A stretch of 64,000 bases of DNA from Synechococcales cyanobacterium VAR_4_metabat_354 (GTDB lineage: Bacteria; Cyanobacteriota; Cyanobacteriia; Cyanobacteriales; Chamaesiphonaceae): assembly GCA_031414775.1 (NCBI GenBank), contig JANOQI010000046.1:1-64000 (forward strand). The letters are read 5' to 3'. The translations under genes were made by a program, and so were the position numbers. The notes below the pieces were generated by a model. That model saw only the letters and a program-made list of their open reading frames with translations. It was not told the DNA's origin and made no database searches. Each line of letters starts with the position of its first letter. Position 1 is the stretch's first letter. Below are positions 42,211 to 54,200 of this stretch, in pieces.

Positions 42211-44568
42211 ATGAATACTATTAATGATTTCGTTCCCAATCCCGATGCTACTTCTCCGCAACTGCTGCAGTCTTTAAATGAGAAGAAGCTGGAGAGAAAC
42301 AATACCCTTCGTCGTCGATTGCTTTTGACAATCCTGCCGACAGTTATTGCTCCATTGATGGTGGCAAGTGCTATTGGATATACTATTATCCAACGGCGTG
42401 TGACCGATCAAGAACTACGACAACTCCAAGAGAATTCACAGCTCGTTAGTCGAGTTTCTAGTGTTTTTCTGACACAGTCTTTCAAGATTCCTAATTTGGT
42501 TGCTAACAACCCCTTGATGATTGCTGCTTTGCGTAGTCAAGCACTGCAAGCTGAAGCAAAAAAGCTTCCTCAACAGGATATCAAAAAAACGGAAGCTGAT
42601 TTTAAAGTAACTAAATTGCTGCAACCAGATGTCGAACTCAATGGTTATCTTCAAAATTCGGTCAAAGAAGCCAATTTGGCTGAGATGTTTTTGACCGAAC
42701 GCAATGGCTTTAATGTGGCCTTTAGCAACCCTACTTCGGATTTTGTGCAGAGTGATGAAAAATGGTGGCAAGAGTCTAAAGCTAATGGTCGATCGATCGA
42801 CAGTCCTAAATTTGATGATTCGGCTAATGCTGTAGTAATTGCTCTATCTCAAGCGATCAAAGATCCTCGTTCCAATCAGTTTTTAGGCGTAATTAAAGCC
42901 GGGGTGCCAGCAACCAGTCTAGACAAAAATATTGCTGGATATTTATCTGCGAATTTATCTGGTTCTCGATTAGTGCAAACCATTGATACTGGATCCAGCA
43001 AAACCATTAATACCATTTCTGCTAAAGGAATTTCCCAAGAACAACAGGAGATTATTGGGGGCAAAGCTTTAATTAAGGCATCAGAGCTTCTGGAACAGCT
43101 GGCCAAAACCCCCAGTTTCAATCCAGCTCAAATCCGTCAACAGCTGGCCGCCGAACCGGGCATGACTAATGTTTTTGTTGAGCGATCAGAGAGTGCCAGC
43201 GGTACGGAAGCCAAGGCACTACTAGAATACCAAGGCCGAATCTTTAGCTTGAGCACGATTCCTTTAACTCAGTGGGTTGCAGTTGCCTCGCTAAATACAG
43301 CTGATGTATCTGCACCAGGACAAGAATTGTTGAAAATTTTCAGCTTCACGACTCTGGTTTTGGGAGGCGTGGCGATCGGAGTGATTTTATTGCTATCGCG
43401 GCAGCTATCCCAGCCATTGGGTAATCTTACCAAAACAGCGCAACAAGTAGCCGATGGGAACTTAGAAACCCAGGCCGAGTTGGCCGGAACCGTCGAGGTG
43501 CAAACCCTTGCTCAAACCTTTAATTTTCTGGTTAGTCGCATTAAAACATTGTTAGAAGAGCAAAAACAGCAGAGTGCATCCTCGTTGGAAACAGCCATTG
43601 TTAAACTGGTCAGCGATGTAGAAGGTGCGATGGATGGAGACCTAACGGTGCGAGCTAATTTAGACTCGATGGAAATGAGTACGGTAGCAGACATCTTTAA
43701 TGCCATAATCGATAATCTTAGAGATATTGCTGTACAGGTACGGGAATCTACCGGACAGGTCAACAAATCCCTAGAAACCAATGCTGCCTCTATTTACTTG
43801 TTATCAGAAAAAGCAGTCGCAGAAGCCTCCGAAATCAGGAATACCCTGGGTTCGGTAGAACAGATGACGCAATCGATTCAAACTGTCGCGAGCAGCGCGC
43901 ATGAAGCCTCGGCGATTGCCAGCCAAGCCTATACTAATGCCCAGGAAGGTAGTGTAGTGATGGTACAGACCGTAGATAGTATTCTGAGCCTGCGGACTAC
44001 CGTCGGAGAAACAGCTAAGAAAATGAAGCGTTTAGGTGAATCTTCCCAGAAAATTTCTCAAGTAGTTTCTTTGATTGAAGAAATTGCTCTTAAAACCAAC
44101 CTCTTGGCCATTAATGCTAGTGTGGAAGCTAGCCGGGCTGGAGAACAAGGACAGGGTTTTACAGTCGTAGCCGAACAGGTGGGAGCACTAGCCGAGCAGT
44201 CGGCGGCGGCAACTCGTGAAATTGCTCAAATTGTGGCCGCAATCCAACTGGAAACTCAAGATGTCGCCACGGTAATGGAATTGGGTACATCCCAAGTGGT
44301 CGATAGTACTCGCTTAGTCGAAAGTACCAAGCAACGTCTGCTGCAAATGTTAGAAGAATCGCAAAAAATTAATCAGTTAATGAATTCTATTGCCGAAGCC
44401 ACCGTCTCTCAGTCGGCCACAGCCCAAAATGTTACTCAACTCATGCAACAAGTAACAACAGCATCGGAGGAACGATCTACTTTTTCGCGGGAAATGGCTT
44501 CCTCGATGCAGTCTACTTCTCAAGTAGCCAAGAGTCTCGAAGAAAAAGTCGCTCAGTTCCAAGTGTAG
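42211..44568 (+). CDS. Methyl-accepting chemotaxis protein with periplasmic Cache-like sensor and HAMP
   Basis: Two TMs, [12 protein letters not shown]ache motif, [37 protein letters not shown]. Confidence 0.95.
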   Translation: MNTINDFVPNPDATSPQLLQSLNEKKLERNNTLRRRLLLTILPTVIAPLMVASAIGYTIIQRRVTDQELRQLQENSQLVSRVSSVFLTQSFKIPNLVANNPLMIAALRSQALQAEAKKLPQQDIKKTEADFKVTKLLQPDVELNGYLQNSVKEANLAEMFLTERNGFNVAFSNPTSDFVQSDEKWWQESKANGRSIDSPKFDDSANAVVIALSQAIKDPRSNQFLGVIKAGVPATSLDKNIAGYLSANLSGSRLVQTIDTGSSKTINTISAKGISQEQQEIIGGKALIKASELLEQLAKTPSFNPAQIRQQLAAEPGMTNVFVERSESASGTEAKALLEYQGRIFSLSTIPLTQWVAVASLNTADVSAPGQELLKIFSFTTLVLGGVAIGVILLLSRQLSQPLGNLTKTAQQVADGNLETQAELAGTVEVQTLAQTFNFLVSRIKTLLEEQKQQSASSLETAIVKLVSDVEGAMDGDLTVRANLDSMEMSTVADIFNAIIDNLRDIAVQVRESTGQVNKSLETNAASIYLLSEKAVAEASEIRNTLGSVEQMTQSIQTVASSAHEASAIASQAYTNAQEGSVVMVQTVDSILSLRTTVGETAKKMKRLGESSQKISQVVSLIEEIALKTNLLAINASVEASRAGEQGQGFTVVAEQVGALAEQSAAATREIAQIVAAIQLETQDVATVMELGTSQVVDSTRLVESTKQRLLQMLEESQKINQLMNSIAEATVSQSATAQNVTQLMQQVTTASEERSTFSREMASSMQSTSQVAKSLEEKVAQFQV

Positions 44569-44614
44569 ATGTTTGTTAGCTCAGCCCTTTCTGCCCAGTA
44601 ACTAGCCTGTAAAT

Positions 44615-47600
44615 GTGATGGACAACAACAACCAAATCCCCCTGAAATTTTTGGATGAATCGGAGTATTGTTGCGATCAAATCGAGTCTACTGTCCTCGG
44701 TCTAGCCAGTAAAATTCCTAATCCCCAACTCCTCGATCAAGCTCTTCGAGCAGCTCATTCAGTCAAGGGCGGGGCGGCGATGATGGGCTTTACCCCACTC
44801 AGTCGGGTAGCACATCAGCTAGAAGATTTTTTCAAAATCCTCAGAGTTCGCTATCATTCCAAATCTGTCAGTATCGTGGTAGAAACTCTTTTATTACAAG
44901 GAGTCGATTGTCTGCGCCAGATCAGCGATCTTCATCGCCAGGGACAGTTAGTGGATGAAGCTTGGCTAGCTAGTCATTCTCAACCGATTTTTGATCAATT
45001 GCGTCAGCACTTGGGCGATTTACGTCCCGAAGATGAGGATACTCTGTTATCGCAAGAAGGTGATGTCGATCCGGCTTTGCTATTGTTGGAAAGCGCTATT
45101 AAGGAAGCGATCGATCTGCTGGATGCCCAATTAAATGAGCTATCTCCCACTCAACTACTACTATCATTACAGGCTACCGCCGCTGAATTGGGTGACTTTG
45201 GTCGGATGGCTAAGTTGGATCGGTTTATTGATCTATGCCAGTCGGTTACTGATCAGAGCCAGCATATTGCTCCCGACCAAGTTTTTCAACTCGCTCATCA
45301 AGCACTCAAGGCTTGGCGTAAATCTCACTCGGTAGTATTATTGGGACGATTTGAGAAAATACCTACTAAGATTGCCGGTGTATCGATCGTCCAGCCTCAA
45401 AGACAGAGCATTGCGCCAGCTAACGTCCCCAATCCTACCCCAGATGGATTAGAACTCTTTGATGGAGACTTTCTAGAAGAGCATTGTTTTAATGCCAACA
45501 TAGATGCTTTTGATTTATCGCTATTGCAGTCCGAGATCACGAATCTGGACTTTTCTAGTGCAGCCGAATTCACTCAATTCGCTGAAATTCAACCCTCACT
45601 AGAACTACTGAGCGAGCTAGATGCTTTTGAAGTTCCAGAATTACTAAGTTTACTTGTTGCCAATGAGAATGACAACAACCAGCCATATCTTCCCACGGTC
45701 ACGCCTGCTAGCCACTCGATCGCGCCTCTTCAGCCAGCTCAAACTGTTCGGGTGCCGGTGGAGTATCTGCAACAATTTAATACTGTCTTCGGAAAATTGA
45801 TTTTAGAACGCAATGCGATCAACTTACGCCTCGGGGAAATTCAGAGTTATACGGGTCTTTTACGCAAACGAATGAAGCATTTGGAGCTATCCAACAAAGA
45901 ACTGCGCCAGTGGTATGACAAAGCCTCGATCGAAGGACTAATTCCGGTATTGGAAAATGCTCAGTCTATCCCGACTCATTCATCTCCATCGGTTACTACT
46001 GCGTCATCCGTAGCTGAGTTTGACTTACTAGAGATGGATCGTTACCACGATCTACACCTGGTTTCTCAGGATCAAATTGAAACGATCGTACAGCTCCAAG
46101 AAGTAACTACTGATATTGAGCTAAGTTTGCATGATATGACTCAATCTGTGCGAAATTTGAATCAGACTACGCGCACGTTACAGAAAAATCTCACCCGTAC
46201 TCAAATGTTACCCTTCGCTGATGTGGTCAAACGCTTTCCACGTCTGATTCGCGATTTATCTGTGCAGTTTGATAAACCGGTGACGTTGAAGATTGAGGGC
46301 GAAAATACAGGGATCGATCGAGCAATTCTGGACAATCTCAGCGACCCATTCATTCATCTACTGCGGAATGCTTTTGACCACGGTATCGAAGACGTTGCTA
46401 CGCGGTTGGCAGCAGGCAAATCAGCAGAGGGCACGATCGTCCTAGCAGCCAGTCATCGTGGTGGTGAAACCGTGATCACCATCACTGATGATGGCGGTGG
46501 GATTAAACTTCAGCGCATTCGCGAGCGGCTACAACTGATGGGTCTTCCCCCTGAAGAAGTAGCAAAAATATCGGAAGCTGAATTGCTGAATACGATTTTT
46601 GAACCGGGGTTTAGTACCGTCACTAACCCTACCGAACTCTCCGGGCGCGGCGTGGGGATGGATGTGGTTCGTACCAATATTGAAGAAATAAGAGGTGATA
46701 TTCGGGTTAAGACTCAACCAGGTGTGGGTACTACTTTTACAATTCGCGTACCTTTTGCCCTCTCGATTTTGCGGGTGATGTTATTAGAACGTGCTGGTTT
46801 TGTCTTTGCCATATCGGTAGATAGTGTAAGAGAAATTATTCGCTTCCAGCCCGATCTACTGATTGCTGATGGGCAGCAAATATCCTGGCAATCACAAGTT
46901 ATTCCGTTGATTGCTTTGGAGAAAGGGATTTTCTTTGGTCGCAACCATCGACCATTGGAGTTATCTGGTCGGCCAACGATCGATCACCCAACCGTCCTAA
47001 TTGTCGGCGAAGATCAATTATCGACAGCTTTTTATATCGATCGATTCTGGGGTGAACAAGAAGTTACCCTGCGTCCGATCGATAGCCCTATACCTTTAAC
47101 GCCGGGCTTCAGTAACTCGATTATTCTAGGTGACGGTCGAGTGGTGCCCTTGGTAGATCTGGTACAATTAGCCGTCTGGATGTCGATGAATTCTGATTTT
47201 TCAGCCGTTCCCCTACCGGAGCAAGCCCATGATACATCACTGCCTGCTGTTCCCGATCAAAAAGAGCCAGACCGGATCTTGATAATCGATGATTCAATCA
47301 ATGTCCGTCGTTATCTGGCAGTGATGCTAGAAAAAGAAGGTTATCAGGTAGAACAGGCTAAAGATGGTCAGGAGGCTGTGGAAAAGCTCATGGGTGGCCT
47401 AGTGGTGCAAGCGGCAATCTGTGACATAGAAATGCCGCGCCTTGATGGATATGGAGTGTTGGAGACGTTGCGATCGAATGAATCCTTTGCAGATCTCCCA
47501 ATTTTAATGCTCACCTCTCGGAGTAGTGAGAAACATCGATCATTAGCGATGAATTTGGGAGCTTCCGCTTATTTTTCTAAGCCCTACACCGAGCCAGATT

Positions 47601-47647
47601 TGTTGGCAGCTCTCCGCTCCTTTATTGAAATTACTAGAGTGCAATAG
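44615..47647 (+). CDS. CheA-like hybrid histidine kinase (Hpt-HATPase-CheW-REC)
   Basis: RAAHSVKGGA, HLLRNAFDHGIE, DDGGG, SGRGVGMDVV, C-terminal REC. Confidence 0.95.
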   Translation: MMDNNNQIPLKFLDESEYCCDQIESTVLGLASKIPNPQLLDQALRAAHSVKGGAAMMGFTPLSRVAHQLEDFFKILRVRYHSKSVSIVVETLLLQGVDCLRQISDLHRQGQLVDEAWLASHSQPIFDQLRQHLGDLRPEDEDTLLSQEGDVDPALLLLESAIKEAIDLLDAQLNELSPTQLLLSLQATAAELGDFGRMAKLDRFIDLCQSVTDQSQHIAPDQVFQLAHQALKAWRKSHSVVLLGRFEKIPTKIAGVSIVQPQRQSIAPANVPNPTPDGLELFDGDFLEEHCFNANIDAFDLSLLQSEITNLDFSSAAEFTQFAEIQPSLELLSELDAFEVPELLSLLVANENDNNQPYLPTVTPASHSIAPLQPAQTVRVPVEYLQQFNTVFGKLILERNAINLRLGEIQSYTGLLRKRMKHLELSNKELRQWYDKASIEGLIPVLENAQSIPTHSSPSVTTASSVAEFDLLEMDRYHDLHLVSQDQIETIVQLQEVTTDIELSLHDMTQSVRNLNQTTRTLQKNLTRTQMLPFADVVKRFPRLIRDLSVQFDKPVTLKIEGENTGIDRAILDNLSDPFIHLLRNAFDHGIEDVATRLAAGKSAEGTIVLAASHRGGETVITITDDGGGIKLQRIRERLQLMGLPPEEVAKISEAELLNTIFEPGFSTVTNPTELSGRGVGMDVVRTNIEEIRGDIRVKTQPGVGTTFTIRVPFALSILRVMLLERAGFVFAISVDSVREIIRFQPDLLIADGQQISWQSQVIPLIALEKGIFFGRNHRPLELSGRPTIDHPTVLIVGEDQLSTAFYIDRFWGEQEVTLRPIDSPIPLTPGFSNSIILGDGRVVPLVDLVQLAVWMSMNSDFSAVPLPEQAHDTSLPAVPDQKEPDRILIIDDSINVRRYLAVMLEKEGYQVEQAKDGQEAVEKLMGGLVVQAAICDIEMPRLDGYGVLETLRSNESFADLPILMLTSRSSEKHRSLAMNLGASAYFSKPYTEPDLLAALRSFIEITRVQ

Positions 47648-47830
47648 TTACTACCCATTCATTTTCTTGAATACCTGAGATCAACACGGAAAGTTGATTG
47701 ACTCACATTCCGCGCTTATTTTTTCCTTGACAAAATACCACCGTCAAAAAGATAAAATCGATTTGGATCTAATCGTTTCTTATAAATTGAAGTTGTAAAA
47801 TACGTGGTGAAACCTTTAGTCATCATGCAT

Positions 47831-48078
47831 TTAATCTTCATATATTTGTGCTTCCGGTGCATTAGAATTCTCCTCACAATAAAGATCAAAATGAGTCTTT
47901 GGTTTTTTAATAAAGTCACTTTTACGAAGAATATCGCTAATTGAAATGATTCCCAAAAGTCTGTCTTTGATCACTGGAGCACGACGAGTTTTTGCTTGAG
48001 CAAACCTTTTTCTTTCATTAATTTTACTGCTTCTGCGACGCTGGCAAAACCGCGAGTGATAACTACATCTTTGGTCAT
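47831..48078 (-). pseudogene. CBS-CP12 fusion protein pseudogene (two internal deletions, one frameshift)
   Basis: Minus strand reads MTKDVVITRGFASVAEAVKLMKEKGL, then in a shifted frame FAQAKTRRAPVIKDRLLGIISISDILRKSDFIKKPK-THFDLYCEENSNAPEAQIYED*; span of 248 nt is not a multiple of 3. Confidence 0.8.
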
Positions 48079-48089
48079 CAGAAAATTTG

Positions 48090-49358
48090 GGTAGAAACCC
48101 CGTTCTTATAGGACAGCTTTACAAAATACGTGTTAGAATGTGAGATATGGAAAAAGCCTATCGCTATCGTTTCTATCCAACTGCCGAGCAAGAAGGAATC
48201 TTGCGCCGGACTATGGGCTGTGTCCGTCTGGTGTACAACAAAGCACTAGCGGCACGGACTGAGGCATGGTACGAAAGGCAAGAGCGAGTTGACTATGTGT
48301 TAACTTCCTCCATGCTGACAGGTTGGAAAAAGCAGGAAAATCTTGATTTTCTGAACGATGTTAGTTGTGTTCCTCTTCAGCAGGGACTTAGACATCTGCA
48401 AAGAGCTTTTAGTAACTTTTGGGATGGTCGGACTAAATATCCGAACTTCAAGAAGAAACACCATGGCGGCAGTGCTGAATTCACAAAGTCCGCTTTTCGC
48501 TGGAAAGGTGGAAAACTGTTCTTGGCTAAATGCTCTGAACCGTTGCCTATTGTGTGGAGTAGAGAATTGCCGAAAAGCTGTGAACCATCTACAGTTACGG
48601 TCAAGCTGAGTGCTAGCGGCCAATGGCATGTCTCGTTGTTGGTGAATACTGACATTGAACAACTGCCAAAACTCGACAAAGCTATCGGCTTGGATGTGGG
48701 CATCAATAGCCTGATTGCAACTAGTGATGGTGATAAAATCTCGAACCCTAAGCACTTCAAACGCTTGCATAAGAGGTTGAAAAGGGCGCAGAAAGCTTTG
48801 GCTCGTAAGCAAAAGGGATCTCAAAATAGGCAGAAAGCACGGCTCAAAGTAGCCAAAGTGCATGGTCAGATTTCTGATTCCCGCAAAGATTTTTTGCATA
48901 AGCTGACAACTCAACTGGTACGTGAAAACCAAACGATAGTGGTTGAGAATTTGGCTATCAAAAATATGGTGAAAAACCATAAACTCGCCCTCTCCATTAG
49001 CGATGCTAGTTGGGGCGAATTGATTCGACAACTCGCCTACAAGTGCCAGTGGTACGGACGAGAACTGATTAAAATCGACCGTTGGTTTCCTAGCTCTAAA
49101 AGGTGTGGAAACTGCGGACATATTGTCAATAAACTGCCGTTGAATATCAGAGAGTGGGAATGTCCTAAATGTGGGATGAGCCATGACCGAGATGTTAATG
49201 CCAGTAGAAATATTTTGGCGGCAGGACTTGCCGTGTCAGTCTGTGGAGTAACCGTAAGACCAGAACAGAATAAATCTGTGAAGGCGGGTGCTGTGAAACA
49301 GAAACCTAAATAGTGATGTTTAGGAATCTCCATGCCTTTAGGCTGGGGAGGATGTCAA
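48090..49358 (+). mobile_element. IS200/IS605-family element, tnpB only (IS1341-like, non-autonomous)
   Basis: tnpB ORF, no tnpA; left-end-like gaaaccccgttcttataggacagcttt (boundary approximate); right-end hairpin ctcc.tgcctttaggc.ggggag ending gatgTCAA at 49358. Confidence 0.85.
48147..49313 (+). CDS. tnpB: RNA-guided endonuclease TnpB
   Basis: AYRYRFYPT HTH, RuvC-I GLDVG, RuvC-II VVENL, CGNC..CPKC zinc finger, RuvC-III HDRDVNASRNI. Confidence 0.96.
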   Translation: MEKAYRYRFYPTAEQEGILRRTMGCVRLVYNKALAARTEAWYERQERVDYVLTSSMLTGWKKQENLDFLNDVSCVPLQQGLRHLQRAFSNFWDGRTKYPNFKKKHHGGSAEFTKSAFRWKGGKLFLAKCSEPLPIVWSRELPKSCEPSTVTVKLSASGQWHVSLLVNTDIEQLPKLDKAIGLDVGINSLIATSDGDKISNPKHFKRLHKRLKRAQKALARKQKGSQNRQKARLKVAKVHGQISDSRKDFLHKLTTQLVRENQTIVVENLAIKNMVKNHKLALSISDASWGELIRQLAYKCQWYGRELIKIDRWFPSSKRCGNCGHIVNKLPLNIREWECPKCGMSHDRDVNASRNILAAGLAVSVCGVTVRPEQNKSVKAGAVKQKPK

Positions 49359-49444
49359 TCTGTCGATGTTGATCCGCCCAGAACATACCCAAGCACAAAT
49401 TAATACGTGACAATAATAGAATTATTGAGATTTGTGGAAGAAAT

Positions 49445-50950
49445 ATGGCGCGGGATCTACGGACATTTTTGCAGGTACTAAAAGAACGTGGTCAGCTGCG
49501 GACGATCGATACCCTAGTAGATGGCGACCTGGAAATTGCAGAGATCTCTAACCGGATGCTGCAATGTGGTGGCCCTGGCTTGCTCTTTACCAATGTTAAA
49601 GGTTCCCCCTATTCGGTGGCTGTCAATATCATGGGCACCGTGGAGCGGATCTGCTGGGCGATGAATATGGAGAAGCCCGAGGAACTAGAAACACTTGGCA
49701 AGAAGTTAGCGTTACTACAACAGCCCAAACCACCCAAGAAAGCAGGAGAAGCGATCGAATTTGCTAAAGTGCTGTTTGATGTAGTCAATGCTAGACCCAG
49801 CCGCGATTTCTTTCCACCTTGCCAACAGGTGGTGATTCAGGGCGATGCGGTAGATCTAAATACCATCCCCATGATTCGACCTTATCCCCATGATGCCGGT
49901 AAGATTGTGACGCTGGGTTTAGTAATTACTAAAGACTGTGAGACCGGTACGCCAAACGTGGGTGTTTATCGGCTCCAACTCCAGTCCAAAAACACCATGA
50001 CAGTGCAATGGCTATCGATTCGGGGTGGTGCTCGACATCTGCGTAAGGCTGCTGAACGTGGCAAAAAGCTGGAAATTGCGATCGCACTGGGGGTAGACCC
50101 ATTAATCATCATGGCTGCCGCCACGCCAATTCCAGTAGATCTTTCTGAATGGTTGTTTGCTGGGTTGTATGGTGGTTCTGGGGTGAAGTTGGCCAAGTGC
50201 CGGACGATCGATCTGGAAGTGCCTGCCGATTCGGAGTTTGTGCTGGAAGGCACAATCACGCCAGGGGAAGAAATGATGGATGGCCCCTTTGGCGATCATA
50301 TGGGCTATTACAATCAGCCCAAAGAAGGTCCGGTGATTCATTTTAATTGTATGACTCACCGCCGCGATCCGATCTATCTGACTACTTTTAGCGGTCGGCC
50401 ACCGAAAGAAGAAGCGATGATGGCGATCGCCCTCAACCGCATCTACACGCCAATTTTGCGTCAGCAAGTGCCCGAGATTGTCGATTTCTTTTTGCCGATG
50501 GAAGCCTTGAGTTATAAAGCAGCCGTGATTGCGATCGATAAGGCTTATCCTGGTCAAGCGCGGCGGGCAGCGTTGGCTTTTTGGAGTGCTTTGCCCCAGT
50601 TTACCTATACCAAGTTTGTGATTGTAGTGGATAAAGACATCAATATCCGCGATCCGCGCCAGGTAGTGTGGGCACTAAGTTCTAAGGTTGACCCTCAACG
50701 AGACGTATTTATTATTGCTGATACGCCTTTCGATAAGTTGGATTTCGCCACACCAAAGGTGGGTTTGGGGAGCCGGATGGGGATTGATGCTACGACTAAA
50801 GTTTATCCAGAAACTGAGGCGGAATGGGGGGAACCGTTAGAGTCGGATGTGGATATCGCCAAGCTGGTAGATCAGCGCTGGACGGAATATGGTTTGGCGG
50901 ATATCAATTTAAATGAAGTAAATGCCAATCTCTTTGGCTACGACGTTTGA
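49445..50950 (+). CDS. ubiD: UbiD-family (4-hydroxy-3-polyprenylbenzoate) decarboxylase
   Basis: NVGVYRLQ, DGPFGDHMGYY, GRPPKEE, KFVIVVD, MGIDAT. Confidence 0.93.
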   Translation: MARDLRTFLQVLKERGQLRTIDTLVDGDLEIAEISNRMLQCGGPGLLFTNVKGSPYSVAVNIMGTVERICWAMNMEKPEELETLGKKLALLQQPKPPKKAGEAIEFAKVLFDVVNARPSRDFFPPCQQVVIQGDAVDLNTIPMIRPYPHDAGKIVTLGLVITKDCETGTPNVGVYRLQLQSKNTMTVQWLSIRGGARHLRKAAERGKKLEIAIALGVDPLIIMAAATPIPVDLSEWLFAGLYGGSGVKLAKCRTIDLEVPADSEFVLEGTITPGEEMMDGPFGDHMGYYNQPKEGPVIHFNCMTHRRDPIYLTTFSGRPPKEEAMMAIALNRIYTPILRQQVPEIVDFFLPMEALSYKAAVIAIDKAYPGQARRAALAFWSALPQFTYTKFVIVVDKDINIRDPRQVVWALSSKVDPQRDVFIIADTPFDKLDFATPKVGLGSRMGIDATTKVYPETEAEWGEPLESDVDIAKLVDQRWTEYGLADINLNEVNANLFGYDV

Positions 50951-51001
50951 GCCGATTCTTGGTGTTGTTAATTTATAGCATGACTAGTCAATAAAAAAAT
51001 A

Positions 51002-51274
51002 ATGGAAAGCACATTGTTTGATCGAGTATTTCGAGATAGTAAAGGCCAGATTATTCTGGCTCAGATGCCAAATCTGCCACTGATTGTCTGGATTATAAGT
51101 AGTCTATTAAAGATAATTTTTACAACCGGTAAAATCAATATCGGACTGGACGCACTAGCCTTCGGCTCTCTATTTACATGGGCTTGGGAAGAACTATTCC
51201 AAGGTGTTAATTATTTCCGTAGATCGTTAGGTCTGATCGTAATTATTGGTATGATTATGTCGAGAATCAAATGA
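51002..51274 (+). CDS. Small hypothetical membrane protein
   Basis: FRDSKGQIILAQMPNLPL..TWAWEELFQGVNYFRR.LG; hydrophobic segments. Confidence 0.75.
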   Translation: MESTLFDRVFRDSKGQIILAQMPNLPLIVWIISSLLKIIFTTGKINIGLDALAFGSLFTWAWEELFQGVNYFRRSLGLIVIIGMIMSRIK

Positions 51275-51293
51275 GTAAATAGACTCATTTCTT

Positions 51294-54200
51294 ATGAATC
51301 CTGACTCACCAGCTCAGCAACCGATCTTTGAATCTAGCGAAATCGACACCATGTCGCAAGACTTTAATGAATTGCCATCTACGATAGCAGGTGAGGCTCC
51401 CTTTCCGGTGGTCGGTGTCGCTGCTTCCGCTGGCGGCTTAGAAGCATTTACGCAGCTACTGAGTCATCTGCCGATCGATACTGGTATGGCCTTTGTCCTG
51501 ATTCAGCATCTAGCACCTGATCGCGAGAGTTTATTAACTGAGATTCTAGCTAGGTCAACCACCATGCCGGTGCGCGAAGTAGAGAACGGCATAGCAGTTG
51601 AGCCAAATCAGGTCTATGTGATTCCACCCAACACCAAAATGATTTTGCTGAAGGGCATCCTCCAACTATCGCCCCGGGAGAAGATGTTTGGTAAATATAT
51701 GCCTGGTGATGCTTTTTTTATCTCTCTAGCGGCTGATCGCGGGCACCAATCGATCGCCGTGGTTTTGTCGGGAGCCGATGGCGATGGCTCACTCGGACTC
51801 AAGGCCATCAAAGCAGCTGGCGGCATGACTTTTGCCCAGTGTGAAGACACCGCCAAATTTGATAGTATGCCCAACGCCGCTATTGCCACTGGGAATGTTG
51901 ATTTTGTGCTGTCGCCTGCCCAAATTGCCGAAGAACTGGGCAACCTCAGTCGCAATCCGCTCTGGACTTGCCCACTGCCCTTGATTTCAACCATGGAATC
52001 TTTAGCACTACCCAACGCCTTGACAACGATTTTGGGGTTGCTGAAATCGACCACGGGCGTGGACTTTAGTAGCTACAAGCCCAAAACGCTCCATCGGCGG
52101 ATTCAGCGCCGCATGTTGTTACGTAAGCTTGCCCAGTTGAAGGACTATGCTAGCTATTTACAAACACATCCGGCAGAAGTTAAGGCACTATATGAAGAAA
52201 TCCTGATCCATGTCACCAGCTTTTTTCGCGATCCGGCAGCCTTTGAATTGCTCAAGATACAAGTCTTCCATACCATTACCCAAAATAAGTCGGCAGAGTT
52301 TCCGATTCGGATCTGGGTGGCAGGCTGTTCTACGGGTGAAGAGGTTTATTCGATCGCGATTTGTCTGCTGGAGTTTTTGGCCGATCGAGTTACTCAACCA
52401 CCCATCCAGATTTTTGCCACCGATATTAGTGAGTTAGCGATCGATAAAGCTCGGTCGGGCATTTATGCCGAAAATCAAATGGTGGGGGTCTCGCCAGAGC
52501 GTCGCCGCCGCTTCTTTTATGCGATTGAGGGCGGCAATTACCACATTAGTAAGGTGGTACGCGAACTCTGTGTGTTTGCCCGTCAAGATTTGGGCAGCGA
52601 TCCACCTTTTTCCAATGTCGATTTAATTAGCTGCCGCAACGTGCTGATTTATTTGGGTGATTCGCTGCAAAAGCGGATTATGCCGATCTTTCACTATAGC
52701 CTCAACCCAACTGGCTTTTTGCTGCTGGGCACCTCCGAAAGTACCGGTAAATTTTCAGATTTATTTAGATTAGTTGATAAAAAATACCGGATTTATGCCA
52801 AGCAGCCCACCGCCACTCGACCCACGTTTTCGTTTATGCCTAGCAGCTACTCCATCATCAATGGGAGTAGTAGCATCAGTGCCGCTTTGGCTGGTGAACC
52901 GCTGATGCGGCTGGCCACCGAAGAATTTGACTTGCAAAAAAAAGTCGATCAAATAATTGCTAACCACTATACACCAGTCGGCGTTGTGGTTGACGACAAA
53001 ATGCAGGTGTTGCAAGTGCGGGGGGATATCGATCGCTACCTTAAATTGGTAGCAGGAATGGCGAATTTCAACCTATTCAACTTAGTGCGATCGGAATTAC
53101 TGGCCGAGTTGCGAACCGCCGTCTATCAGGCTCAACGCAGCAATCTACCAGTAACCAAAAATGGATTACGGTTAGAAGAAAGCCCCTCTCTTGCCCTGGG
53201 GGAAAGATCCAGCATTATTAATCTCCAGGTGATTCCTTTTAACGTTCCAAATGCTAAAGAACGGTGCTTTTTAGTACTGTTTGAAGAATCTACTGCTATA
53301 AGCAGTAGCTCTTTCCCTGTCGATGCGACGACTCTTCCCGGCGATTTGGAGCAGGAAAATATGCGACTGCGCCAGGAACTGGCTGCGGCTAATCAGGAAA
53401 AGATGGCGACTCAAGAGTATTTACAGGCCATAATTCAAGAGCACGAGAATGGCAATCAAGACCTCAAAGTTGCCAATGAAGAAATTTTATCCAGTAATGA
53501 AGAACTACAAAGTACCAATGAAGAGTTAGAAACTGCCAAAGAAGAAATTCAGGCCACTAATGAAGAACTCAATACCATTAATGAAGAACTGCGTCGTCGC
53601 AATTTAGAACTAGCTCAGGTCAACAATGACCTCACTAATTTCTTAGCTAGCATCAATATCCCCGTCTTGATGTTGACTAACGACCTCCGCATTCGACGGT
53701 TTACCCCGACAGCGCAGCGGTTATTCAACTTTATCCCCACTGATACCGGCAGACCGCTCAGTGACATTAGAACCAATCTCCAGATTCCAGGCTTAGAAAC
53801 GTTGATTGCCGAAGTACTAGAGTCTCTCAGCGTCAAAGAGCTAGATGTCCAAACCCAAGATGGCTATTGGTATACGCTCCGCATCCGTCCCTACCGCACC
53901 ACCGAAAACCAGATCGATGGCGTAGTGCTGGTATTAATGGATATTGACTCTCTGAAGCGCAGTGTTGCCAGCGTCGAAGCCGCCCGGAATTATGCCGAAG
54001 CGATTGTCACCACGGTACAAGTGCCCCTCATTGTGCTGGAATCTGATTTCCGCGTAAATACCGCCAATCGCTCGTTCTGTAAAACCTTCCAGGTTTCCCC
54101 CAGCGAAACAGCTCGATCGCTGATTTTCGATCTGGGTAATGGTCAATGGAATATTCCAGGACTACGGTCACTGTTGGAAGATATTTTGGCTAACAATACA

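Noticed and set aside
47716..47919. 67-aa ORF in the ORF track
   Set aside because: Alternative frame over the CBS-CP12 pseudogene, which explains the region better.
48300..49184. 294-aa antisense ORF inside tnpB
   Set aside because: Shadow ORF on the opposite strand of a well-conserved gene; no tnpA (HUH) motif.
53460..53600. Repeated aatgaaga(a/g) units
   Set aside because: These encode the normal NEEL heptad coil of CheB/CheR hybrids; not a CRISPR array or DNA repeat element.
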